The notes under the pieces: generated by a model | Seen by the model: only the letters and a program-made list of their open reading frames with translations | Told to the model about the DNA's origin: nothing | Databases searched by the model: none | Assembly (NCBI RefSeq): GCF_009914755.1 | Contig: NC_060929.1 | Source of the DNA: the human T2T-CHM13v2.0 reference genome, Homo sapiens | Length of the DNA: 64,000 nt | Strand: one strand, 5' to 3' | Part shown: piece after piece, positions 13,576 through 59,316 of the stretch | Layout: each line of letters starts with the position of its first letter | Numbering within the stretch: position 1 is the stretch's first letter | Program-made: the position numbers and the translations under genes

Positions 13576-14159
13576 TGTTGGGGTGATCAGACCCAACACC
13601 AGGTCGTGGGGGTGACGAAGTCTGGCAGAGTCAAAGGATTGAGAAAAAGTTTGAGAAGTAAAGTGGGGCCAGGGGACCATCGCGATCATGGAGGCTGCAA
13701 AGGCCCCGAGCTCTGGGAGCCCACGCTATTTATTGGTAATCCAACAGAGAAGGAGGTGGCGAGAATGTGGGGGTCAAAAGGGCGTGTTGCATCAAGCACA
13801 TGATTTATAGCTGTGATGGTTTAGCATTTGCTCTGCTACTTGAGATAATGGAGAGCAGGTTCTTTTAACTCAAGATACAATCGATCCTGGGAGAGCAAGG
13901 AGCAAGGAGCCAGCAAGCCTAGACACATTCCGGAGCCACAAGCCCTGGATTCTATCCAAGCCACGAGGGATTTTATGCCCTGGGCTTAGATTAGGTACGT
14001 CAGGGTAGCCTTCCACTCTTTAGCACAGAGCTTGGTGTGCCAAAGAGCACAAGGGGTTTTAGACCCTGGACCCCGGACATGTTCCAAGACTCTTTTACTT
14101 TATGTCAGACATGCAAGCCCTGCCTCAGCTTCTTCCCAACACTCAGCTTTTTCCCAACA
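13576..14159 (-). mobile_element. Solo HERV-K-class LTR (LTR14B-like, 584 bp) inserted in a MIR
   Basis: TG...CA termini (tgttggg...cccaaca), 6-bp TSD cacata/cacgta, minus-strand AATAAA at ~13730; subfamily from memory. Confidence 0.75.
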
Positions 14160-14428
14160 CACGTATTCACTAACTCAGGCCTCAGCACACCTTACTGGGT
14201 AGGTGCTACCATCTGCCCATTTTATAGATGAGGAAATAAAGGCCCAGAGATGATAAGAAACTTGCCCAGGGTCACACAGTCAAGAAGTAAGTGACTGTAT
14301 CAGTCATCTATGGGTTTGTAACAAATTACCCCAGGATGTAGTGGCTTGAAACAATATTTAATATCTCACAACTTCTGTAGGTCACAAATGCTGGCAGGGC
14401 TTAACTGGGTCTTCTGCTTCCAAGTCTC

Positions 14429-15698
14429 TGTAAACTCAGATAAACTTCTAAGCCCCCTGCTGACTGAATGGACTCCTTGTGATCAAGAGGACCCCAGAAA
14501 AACCTTAAAACTAAACTCCCAGCCATAGTGGGATGTGAGGTCAGACACACCTCATTCTACCCCCTCCCTTTTGTGGTTTAGACACAACTGACCGACATTA
14601 ATGTTAACACAGAGATCTTAAGACTGGCAAATAGACTCTCTGTAGCAGTAAGATACCAGATTGTAAACAGGACCCAAGGCCATGCCAGGCAAGGGTTACA
14701 TCACACATCCCTAACCTTTCTTCTAACGGCCAAGGGTATTTTTCTCTAGCAACTAAACAAGCACTGGCCTCGAGATACGTTAAACAATTCCAGCTCATCC
14801 AGCTCAGAGACGTTAACCAACCGACCCCGTTCCACCAGCCATAACTGCAGCTTTGACTTGAACTTACTGAAATCTCTTTGTATACTACAAAGAGCCTGTA
14901 GTACAAAGCGATTGATTCCAGTAACTTTCTCCTGACCATGAACTGGTCCTGGCTGGCTGTACACTTGGACACCTTCATGTCCTGAAAAGACCTTTTGACA
15001 TATAGGGTCTAACTGCAGTACATTTAAATGTTAAGTCTCCATCCCAAAGTGAACATGGGTGGTATGTTACACGAACATTTGTCCCGTACACATGTGCCAG
15101 GACCATCCTGAATATTCATAGCTCCTCCTGTCACCTGTTGAATATGCATGTTTAGCCAACCAGTTCGGCATAAAGCTCCTGTCCCAGCTTCTCTTCCTCC
15201 ATGGTGTTTCTCTCTCGTCTTGGCTGGAGGCTGTGCTTCCCAGGCTGCAGGATGGCCACCTTGCAGGCTGAAACCTTTACAAGAAATAAAGTCTCCTCTG
15301 TTTTCTAAATGTATTAATTGTGGTTGATATGATACCTGATCTTGAATTGTAGCTCCCATCATTCCCATGTATTGTGGGCGGGACTTTGTGGGAGGTAATT
15401 GAATCATGGGGGTGGTGATTTCTCACACTGGTCTCATGGTAGTGAATAAGTCTTACAAGATCTGATGGTTTTATAAGTCGGAGTTCCCCTGAACAAGCTG
15501 TCTTGCCTGCCACCATGTAAGACGTGACTTTGCTCCCCATTCACCTTCCATCATGATTGTGAGGCCTCTCCAGTCATGTGGAACTGTGGGTCAATTAAAC
15601 CTCTTTCCTTTATAAATTAGCCAGTCTCAGGTATGTCTGTATGTATTAGCAGCATGAGAACAGACTAATACAGTGCTTTTGTATTTTTAAAGTTAACA
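14429..15698 (+). mobile_element. ERV1 MER4-group LTR, interrupted by THE1 and nested in an MLT1-like LTR
   Basis: tgtaaac...ttctaagcccc start, ...ttaaca end, 4-bp TSD tctc on both sides. Confidence 0.7.
15325..15672 (+). mobile_element. THE1 solo LTR
   Basis: tgatat...cttgaattgtagctccc...agactaataca; 5-bp TSD gtggt/gtgct. Confidence 0.85.
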
Positions 15699-15847
15699 TC
15701 TCTCAAGAAGTGGGTTGACTCAAGCCTCAACTAGGGCAGGATCTGTTTCCAAGCTCATGTATGGGGTTGTTGGCTGGATTAGGGTCCAAGGCAGTTGCTG
15801 GACTAAGGGCCTCAGTTCCTTGCTTTTCCAATGCTGCACTTAATTCA

Positions 15848-16380
15848 TTGCAGTAAGGCAGGTGTGAGGACTTTACCCAGCAGGCCCAAGGCCACTCTCC
15901 CTAAAAAGGCCTGAATGCAAGACTGGCCCTTAGTTGGCCTCTGGGAACCTGGATTTTGGGAGTGTTCCCAACATCCCAACGGGTAAGAGTGGTTCAATGT
16001 GCCTAAACTGTTTATGCAAACAATACACTGAATGCCTGCTTTCCCTGCGGGAGTCTGGAATGTTGGAGGTGCCAGACAGGTGCCCACATGACCCCTGTAA
16101 GCTCCCTGAGCACTGAGTCTTTAATGAGCTTCCCTGAAAGACAACACTTTGCATGTGTAATCACAACTCACTGGGTCAATCAAGTCTGTCCTGTTTGATT
16201 CCTCTGGGAGAGGACTCTCGGAAGCCTGCACCTGTTTTTTTCTAGATGTTACCCCATGTGCCTTTCCCTTTGCTGCAGTCACAAGCCTTTTGTGTAATAC
16301 ATCATAGCAGAGTAGGACTAGGTGCTGAGTCCTGGGAGTCTTCACCAAACCCAGGGGTGGGTCTTGGGAACCCCGACACA
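15848..16380 (+). mobile_element. MER21-like LTR fragment
   Basis: ggttcaatgtgcctaaactgtttatgcaaacaat...gggtgggtcttgggaaccccgacaca. Confidence 0.6.
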
Positions 16381-16856
16381 GCACAAGAGTATCACCAACA
16401 AGATGGAAGTCAGAGTCTTCTGTATAATCTCATTGGAAGTTTTGCCCCATCGTCATTCTATGCATCAGAAGCAAGTCACAAGGTGCAGCCCACACACACA
16501 GGAGAATGCACCAGGACATGAACCCCAGAGGCGGGGGTCAAAGGGGCTGTTGTGGAGGCACACAGGCCACCGCGGCAGAGCCAGGAGTCAAGCCCCTCAC
16601 CCTCCACCCCAGGCTGCGCAGCATTCGTTGAAGTGAGCGAGAACAGAGACGTCCCAAACCCACTTCCTGAGAAGTGCTCTGGGAATGGAGTGCCATTTGC
16701 TAGGGTGAAGCGTGTGTATACACAATCCCAGACTTGCGGATGCCCATTAATAATTTTGTCCTCTGGGCTCACAGAGATACAGATATCTCTTTCGCAGCAC
16801 TTATTCACTACTCACTTGTTAACTGAATAGAGCTAAGATTACCATGTTTTAATAGA

Positions 16857-17223
16857 GAGGGCCCCTGACTTACAATTCTCAACGCATGATTTTTTGGCTT
16901 TATGATGGTAGGAAAGCAACACATATTCAATAGAAACTGTACTTTGGATTTTGATCTCTACCTGGGCTGGTGATCTGTAGTCGATATCCTTGTGATGTGG
17001 GGCAATGGCCGAGTTGCTCCAACAGCCATACGATCACAAGGGTAAACAACCAACCCTCTGCAGGGGACTGTGTTGCCAGATGATTTTCCCAACTGTAGCA
17101 TGGAAGTGTTCTGAGCATGCTGAAGGTAGTCTAGGTGTACTTAATGCACTTTGATGTAGGACATTTTCAACTAATGCTGGGCTTATCAAGACATAATCCC
17201 ATCGTAAGCTGAAGAGCATCTGT
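16857..17223. mobile_element. TcMar-Tigger (Tigger4-like) DNA transposon remnant
   Basis: TIR-like ends cctgacttac... / ...cccatcgtaagctgaagagcatctg followed by TA. Confidence 0.65.
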
Positions 17224-19654
17224 ATTTAAAATCTCCTTGTTAACACTGGCCAGCCCACATAGATGCCCTCCTCAGAGGCAACCAAAACTGTCAATTTCTT
17301 CTGTATCCTTCCAGTTACTTTACATAAATTCAAAAGCACATGTCTCCAAGCCTGTGTATTTTCCCCCTGTACACAATGGCAGCAGAATGCACATTCTTCT
17401 CTACACCTTGCGTTTCTTTCTTGGTGGTCACTGGACTCCAGGACACAGCGAGCTGCTTCAGCCCCTTTGCTGGCCAGTGTCCACGTGGGGGCTCTGCACC
17501 ATTGGTGTCCCAGTGCCTCGTCATTGATGCTGAGGGCTTCCAGGTTTCTGCTATTAACAACATTGCATCAAATGACTCTGCAGACACATTTGACTCATCT
17601 GTGGGCCTGTGAAGTGGACTCGCTGGCTCAAAGTTGTCCTTCTTTTTAGGAAATTTATTTTATTCATCTACTCAACAGGTACGTCAAAGTTCAAAGGAAA
17701 CAAAGAGTTTTCAGTAAAAAGTTTTTCTCCCATTTAAGCACCCCCACCAGAAGGCAACCACTACTCCCAACCTATGGGGCTGGCTACTTCAGAGAGGCCC
17801 TCATCAGAGACAACCCTGCTGGGTGGAAGCAAAAACTCCTTCTTCAGCTGATGTCTTTTCTTCTGCCGTGCACTCTTCGGGAATCGGAAGACCCTTACCA
17901 AAATGCTGATTAAAGTTAGAGAAAGAAAATCCTTCATGTTAGGAGCAGTCTTCTCTTGAATGTTTCCTCAGGCTTATCCATACACCATAATAACTGTCCA
18001 CCTTATTTATCAATTTTTAAGTTTTCTTCTCCCTGTGTGGTCTGTACTTGCTAGCTGCTATTCTGTTGTCTTTGACCCCTACATCCATCCAACACTGGAG
18101 GCTGCTCTGTGTCTGGTTACCCGGGGTTGCCTATTCTGACAAGGCAAGGTGCTCACAGGCAGTGCTGAGTGTGGGAGTGACTCCTCGCTTTGAGCGTCGC
18201 TACAGGGTGATAAGAGTGGGCTACTTCCCAGGAACCCTAAGGCCGCTATCTTTACGGCTTCTTTGAAGCTAGACAGTTTCCCCAGAGAAGCATCTTTCAA
18301 CAATCCCCTTCTGTAGACCAAGATCTCACTGCCCTAAAAGTTCTGGGGGCTGAGGGAGGAGAAAGATGCTGAGAGCACTAAACCCATCCCCACACACCTG
18401 TGTGGCCCCCAGGTCCCCTCCGTGCCCGGTGTCCCCAGTCCAGGGCCTGGACCAGCAAGTAGGATAAAGCACTGAAACTGACTGGAAACAGTTCCCACTG
18501 GCCAATGCCGGGACAATCTGAGAACCAAAATAAATGACAGTAATAATAAATAAATAACTGAATAAAACAGAATCCTTGAATCCGTACTGACAGAAAATGA
18601 ATCAAGAAGCAAACAAAGGACAGAGGAGTGCTTATTCTATGTAATGAGAACTAATAATGTAGAAGTGATGAAAAATGGGGGAAAACAATTTGTAGCTGTC
18701 ACAGTAAAAACTGGCTCAGGCAAATTATCAAGAAATACTAAAGCTGGCAGTTAAAAGTTTGATGAGAGAGAGGAATATAGTCTTGAAATGTCTCCTTGCA
18801 CAATACTTACAAATTTTTCAGTGGAGAAACTTGGCAGACAGATACCATGTTACTAATAATAAAAAAAACTTCACCACCACTATAAAGAGAAAACCCAACA
18901 TCGTCAGCCTCCTGGCATGACGCAGCGAGAACACAGCACCACCTCTGTGGTCCTCCTGTCAAAAACGCACACATCACAGGGACACTTCAGACCAACCAAA
19001 ACTGAAGCACATTCAGACTACCTGACCGGTACCCTGCAAGACTGTCTCAATCATAAAAGACAGACTGGGAACTGTTTCTGACTGTAGTGAACTCGAGACA
19101 AGACAGCCAAAGGCAACTGGTGTCACCCCAGACAAAATTGGACATTGTGACTGCAAAGGACATTACTGGGCCGCTGGAGCGAGCTTGCTGGTTTGAGGGT
19201 GACCTGCATCCACGTTTCTGACGCCTATGCTGCGAGCTGTAAAGAGGGCCTCTGTTTCCAGGAAACACCACAGGAGCAAGGGGGTAACGGAACACGTCTG
19301 TAACTTACTGTCAAAGGGTTCAGAAAACAATGAGTGACATGCAAGCACACCAGAGGATGCAAATGCAAATGTAGAGAAATGTTCAGTGGAGAATGTGGGC
19401 GAAAGAGAAATAGGAGCTCTTCACGCCACAGAGCTTGAAAGTATTCCACAGTGGAGACTCCAGAGACAAATCCACCAAAGGCAGTGTGTGGTCGGTGTTT
19501 GTACAGACCAACACACAAAATGAGGTAGACAGGAAGACAGCAGCCTTCACAGTAAAACCGCTTTCACTAGAGAAAATAAGGATGTATTCTAACACTGCCA
19601 TTTAGCCAAAAGTAAGTTTGTTCTTTCTGCTTCCTAAGAGCAAAAACAGGAATC

Positions 19655-20350
19655 ACACATGTATATATTTTATCAATTTTATTGAAATATTCCAAGGATC
19701 CCAACCCCATTTAAAAATAAAAATTGTAAAGCACTCCATTCAATAAAAGCACATAAGTCCCCCTCAATAATTAGTATGACAATTCACGATACAGCTCTTA
19801 CTCTGGGAGAGTTTATTTTACCCTTTATTCCAAAAGGCACAAAGTCATCTGAGGCCTCAGATATTAACCCCACTGCATGTTAATGACACACCACTGAGGT
19901 GCAGCTCAATGTAATTATTAAAGCTTATAACACACTTCCCCAAGAATTTATAGATTCTTTCTATAAATAATAATTTAAAAAATACTGCACCTTAAGACCA
20001 ATACAGGCTTAACAAAAGACCTGAAATTTCTGCAAGGGCAGTTTTGTTTCTTGATAGAAGTACAACTTTTGAAAGTCTATTCCCAGCAAAAGAAACACTA
20101 GACCCAGCTTGGCCAAAGAAACAAAATAAAACAAGTGATTTCTAACACGCTAAAAGAGTACATTTTCATCAGCTCCAAAGAAAGCAGTCCTGGTCATTCA
20201 GAAGGCTCCTATGATCCCACCAGTCTGCAGTCATTAGAAATATATGCTTTACAGGCCACAGGCTGCTCTGGATTTGGTTTCAGACACCAGTGACCAGAAG
20301 AAGCCAGTTTTGCGTGTGAGGGGTGTGGGCCCCCGCTGCCTTGGGCCTGC
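19655..20350 (-). other. NSUN2: NSUN2 3' UTR (end approximate)
   Basis: Follows the stop codon at 20351; AATAAA at 19678-19683 with GU-rich sequence downstream. Confidence 0.8.
19678..19683 (-). terminator. NSUN2: NSUN2 polyadenylation signal AATAAA
   Basis: tttatt on +; downstream TGTGTGATTCCTGTTTTTG on -. Confidence 0.75.
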
Positions 20351-54251
<33,901 letters not shown>

Positions 54252-54544
54252 ATGGCAACGGCGACGGGGGTGGCGGAGGAGCGCCTGCTGGCCGCGCTCG
54301 CCTACCTGCAGTGCGCCGTGGGCTGCGCGGTCTTCGCGCGGAATCGTCAGACGAACTCAGTGTACGGCCGCCACGCGCTGCCCAGCCACAGGCTCCGAGT
54401 GCCGGCGCGGGCCGCCTGGGTGGTGCAGGAGCTGCCCTCGCTGGCCCTGCCGCTCTACCAGTACGCCAGCGAGTCCGCCCCGCGTCTCCGCAGCGCGCCC
54501 AACTGCATCCTCCTGGCCATGTTCCTCGTCCACTACGGGCATCG
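54252..54544 (+). CDS. SRD5A1: SRD5A1 exon 1 (steroid 5-alpha-reductase 1); rest of the gene lies beyond the window
   Basis: MATATGVAEERLLAALAYLQC...YGRH...AWVVQELPS...HYGHR; donor CG|GTAAC. Confidence 0.98.
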
Positions 54545-54854
54545 GTAACGTCCCCGGCCCCCGGCCCCCTACCCTACTCCCGGCCCGGCGTCCTCTCCGA
54601 CCCTCCCCTCACTGCCCGGTGCCCTCTCCCCGAAGCCTCCCCCACCCAGATGCCCTCTCCCTGCCAGATCCCCCGGGGCGTCCCCCATCTGCACGGGTGC
54701 CCTTCCCCGAGTCCCCCGGCCCCGGGAGTTTGGAAACCAGAAGGGATTCGTCTGGAAAGGGCGGGAAACAAAGGACTGGAAGGGAGTGATGGAAAAAAAC
54801 ATGATGAAACTGATCTGGAAAGAGCCACTCAGTGGTCCTAGGTTTGGTTTCCTT

Positions 54855-55020
54855 AGCCGGGCGCGGTGGCGCCTGTCTGTGATCCCAGTTACTCGGGAGT
54901 CTGAGATGGAAGAATCGCTTGAACCCGAGAGGCGGAGGTTACAGTGAGCCGAGATCTCGCCACTGCCCTCCAGCCTGGGTGACAGAGCGAGACTCTGTCT
55001 CAAAATTAAATATATAAAAA
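54855..55020 (+). mobile_element. Alu right arm (FRAM/truncated Alu)
   Basis: agccgggcgcggtggcg...gagactctgtctcaaaa. Confidence 0.85.
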
Positions 55021-58000
55021 TAAAGAGTTAAAAAGTAAAAATGTAAAATAAAAATGAAGACTAGATTTTGTTCCCTTAGATCACGACTGTGGGGGCGGGG
55101 GGGAGGGGGTTGGCCTAGAGTCTAATGCTGATGGTCGGTCTTGAGGGCCACTGGTTTCTACTCCTTTCTGCCGGTTCCCCTTTTGGTATCTTTGGTGATG
55201 GTGGAGCTGTTTTCTCCCAGCCAAGTGATCAGCTGCAACTGGAAACCTGGTGTCCTAAAACTGCCTAGCAGTTTCTCCTTATAGGCTTGATCACTTTCAG
55301 AGACTTTCATGTCCACCTTATGCAAGGGACCCCAGGATTGTGGGGGTGGAAAGCCAGCAACCTTAAACCTTAAACAAACGAAGTCTTAAAGATGACTTCT
55401 AAATCTTTCAAGGTTTTTGTTTTTTTGAATATTTGAAAACTGGCTGTGTCTGAAATCTTCAAGCCTTCTAATAAGTTGGGGTTCTCTCCAGGTCGTATCT
55501 TTTGGCTTTTACACAGCCAAAGCAAACGACAGGTCGAAAGTTCAAAATTAAATTTTAAACGTTTTCATTCAGGCTCTGGAAAGCTTCACAGTTAAAAAGG
55601 ATGTCTCTACACCCAAGGAAGTTGAACTCACTGGCTGTGTGACTATGGGCAGTTTACCCAACCTTTCTGATTTGGGGTCCCACCTTAAAACACTCACTTC
55701 CCAGAGAGACAGGAAGAACTCAGTGTGTGTTTATAAGCCTCTCTTCTTTCTCCTGGTGTCATGCATTCCAGCGAAGAGAAAGTACACAGCTCCACTACTT
55801 GGAACCAGTGTTGTACCCAGCACAGTTTTTGGTACCTGAGTTCCCTGAAAACCAGCACCTTACCCTGTAACTGGTGCAGTCTGTGTCCTCAGTGTGCTTT
55901 GATGACTTGCACTTTAAACAAGGGCAAGTCAACATTCATCAGAGGCTTAGTGAGTACTGTGTGCCTGAAACTCTTTACCATTGCTTTATTTTTTTTTTGG
56001 AATGGGATCAACCATTGCTACAATTTGAATATTAGTCAGACTTTGCTGTTTGTATATACTTTTCCATAAATATACCAGAAGCTGTATGTCTGTTTCTTTA
56101 TGGCTAAAAGCAATCTCAGGTCAGAGTATTCGGTGCTATCCTAGTCCCATCACTCATGACCCCGGATGAGTTACTAAGCTGCCCCGCAGCAAGGTTTCCC
56201 CACCTGTAGAATGGGCATGGTGATGGAACCCCCCTGTGGGATCACATGAATTTAGAGCAAAGGCAACTCCCTAAAATGCTTGCATGGTGCTGGCGCATCT
56301 GAGTGCTCAGTACACAATACCTAGCACTATTTTGCATTGCTGTGAATGCACATCCAGACATGTACTCTGTGTGTCATTCATGTGCACTGCTGCCAGCCTC
56401 ATGTGCCAGCAAAACTGTGGTGTTGGAAATCAAGGGAACACTTTACAAAGTTTTGCCTGACATCCCAAGTGGAAGCTTTTTAACTTGAGACATCCTGTTT
56501 CATTGTAGCTACATTCACTCAAGCAGAAAAATTAATGCAGCCTCCCAAAGGGCCAGAGTCACCTTGAATGATAGAACTTGAACAGCTCATTCATACAGAG
56601 TAGAACACGGAGGCACAGCATGCTGCTGTCTTCCCTGAGGCTGTTGGATAAGGAGCTGCTGGGATGAAAGCCCACTTCCTATACTAATAGTTTAAAAGCT
56701 GCTCCAAGAGGATTGGCTGGGTCAGGTATAGTTTTTTTTTAAATTGCTAGGCTATTTTTTTTTTTGAGTTGTACATGTTATTGTGTACATAGTCTATGTG
56801 GTTTGGGGACATTTACATTTTCCAAATAGAAAAGATAAACATTTTCCATTCTACCCAAGCAACTAATTTATTAAACAGTCACTTGATCTAAGTCATGAGC
56901 ACTTGGAAGAGAACCAGAGTGGAAACAGCATTTAGCACTGAACACAAACCATCCCAGCAGCCCCTGGAAGCGTCCTGGAGCCCTTTATTTGCACAGGGCC
57001 CTGCAGAGAACAGAGAACACCACACCTGGTGAGAGGAGGCTGTGGGTACAAGGATGACTCTTATGAAAGGCAGGAGAAAAGTGAGCCTGAGGAGGCGCTG
57101 GCCAGGCAGAGCCAGTAGCACCTTACACAACCTGACAGGTGTGCACACAGGCCCTGTGCTGACCTGTGAGGTTTCGCTGGAGTGAGGTTGGGCCCTGCCT
57201 TGGGGAGCTAGAGCCTCTTTTGGGAGTGGCAAGGACCAGAGCCAGGTCCAGGGACTTTCCACAGTCCATGAGGCCTGAAGGCAGCAGCAGAGCTACAGCT
57301 CTTCCCAGAGCAACTGACAGTTCTGGGAACAATGAGTACAGGACAGTCAGGTCAAGGAGGGAGGAAAGGTGAAGGAAGGGATAGAGGGAATGGTGCGCTT
57401 TCATGTATTTATTCAGCAAACACTTAAGGAAGACTTACGTGCCAGTGAGGATTTCTGGACCTGGCGTTGTGCTGGGGATATAGTGACAAGACATTCCCTT
57501 TGAGTTGAGGAGTAAAAGACAGGTTATGGAGAATGTATGGGGTCTTTTGGACACAAACACCAGGGAGGGAAGGACAGGCTGCCTGGAAGGGGACAGGGCT
57601 GGGGTGGGGGGATAGCCATGACGCAGGACGAGCTGTGGTCCTGACCAGTTCCCCCAGGAGGGCAAAGGACATTTTCAGGAACATCTTTAGGGCTCACGGT
57701 AGCGACAAGGATTGCCTGCCTCCTATCTGTGCTGAAGCCTCCTTCTGATCCCAGGGCGCTTGGGTTCTTGGGTGCAGGGGCGGCAGCGTCTCACTGGGGC
57801 CCTAGTCATGTAGAGCATGGAGTGGCGTCTGGCATGGTGGCAGCCCCTGGAGGCAGGTGCCTTCCCCAGCCTCCTGGCAGGCCTCCCTAGGGCCTTCCGA
57901 AGCCTGTGCCTACTCCTATCACCTTTGCCCTCTGCTCTGTGGTTACAGTGACGCCCCGCTGCATTTACCCTGTTCCCTGGCCCTCTATTTTGTCTCCCTG

Positions 58001-58687
58001 GGCTGGTGCTGTAACCCAGGTCCTCATCATCTGTGTTGGTTCTTGCTGGGCTTCTTCACTCTTCCCCACTGGTCTTTCTCTACCCTCGTTTGTAAATCCT
58101 GCTTTGCTAGACACAGCAAAAGTCTCCCGGAGTCAAGGGCATTAGCTCTGAACTGTGTCGGAGTCGCTGGGGGGCTTTGCAGACTGTGCCTGACCTCAGG
58201 CTCTTTCTCTCCACCCACGCAGCTTTGTTCAGTATTCCCTGAACCCAGGCTGCTTTGCTCATGGATTTTCCTTCCCCACTATCAGCAGTGAATTAGTCAG
58301 GGGATTGTCTCTGCATTGCACATTCATTTAACAAATAACTCCGAGGAGCCTGAGCAGGAGGTGCCGCTTGCCACGGGAGTCCTCAGTGACTGCCTTTGTT
58401 AGGACTGGTGGCCAAATGGTGCCCAGAGTGCACAGTCAGATGCCCAGAGGCCTCCTCTTTCTGACACCTGTCCCAGGTTTGTACTCAGCCAGGTCCATGA
58501 CCTTGTGGGACTTTGCTTCTGTCTTTATCTCTGACGATGGTGCCTCAAAACATTGCACCTACTTTGATTCCTTGTATCTCTCGTGTAATCCTATTAATGG
58601 GCTCCTGTGGAGAGCCTAGCCCAGCTTCACTTTTAAATGTGCGGTGGGTAATGTTAAAACACAGCAGGGAACTTTGAGGGTGAAGTG

Positions 58688-59316
58688 TGTTAAAAGATAA
58701 ACTCAGGTGCATTAAAATTGTAGTTTTTTTAGGCTGGGCGCAGTGGCTCATGCCTGTAATCCCAGCACGCTGGGAGGCCGAGGAAGGTGGATCACACGAG
58801 GTCAGGAGATCAAGACCGTCCTGACCAACATGCTGAAACCCTGTCTCTACTAAAAATACAAAATTTAGCTGGGTGTGGTGGCGCATGCCTGTAATCCCAG
58901 CTACTTGGGAGGCTGAGGCAGGAGAATCGCTTGAACCCAGAGTTGGAGGTGCAGTCCAGCCTGGGCAACAAGCACTAAACTCCATCTTAAGAAGAAGTCA
59001 TAGCGTTTTTTGGAGCAGACCAATTCATGAATCAGCACCAAACCACAAGCAGTATGAGCTCCACCTAGAAGGTGTGTGGGAAAGCCATTTTGTAAGACGT
59101 GTTTGCACAAGCAAGACAAAGGAAGCATTTGATTGGTCAGAGTGGAAAGTTCCAGAGGTTAGTGGGTGGTTTCTCCTTGGAACAATCTCTCATTAGAAGT
59201 CAATTGGCAGTTTCTGATTGCTTTAAGTTTCCTTCCACTGTTGGGTTTCCATGTGCTTATGTAAGACACAAGACACCATCTCAGCCTGATGGCCTTCTAA
59301 TTAATTTGTTTTAATA
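58688..59316 (-). mobile_element. ERV1-class LTR (MER57-like) interrupted by an Alu
   Basis: tgttaaaag...aattcatgaatc...gattgg CCAAT boxes...ctcagcctgatggcc...aattaatttgttttaa. Confidence 0.5.
58732..58990 (+). mobile_element. AluS with right-arm deletion
   Basis: Sense Alu lacking ~30 bp (gcagt|ccagcctggg). Confidence 0.88.

Noticed and set aside
57005-57021. AGAACA half-site pair as a possible androgen response element
   Set aside because: Spacing and orientation do not match the IR3/DR3 consensus
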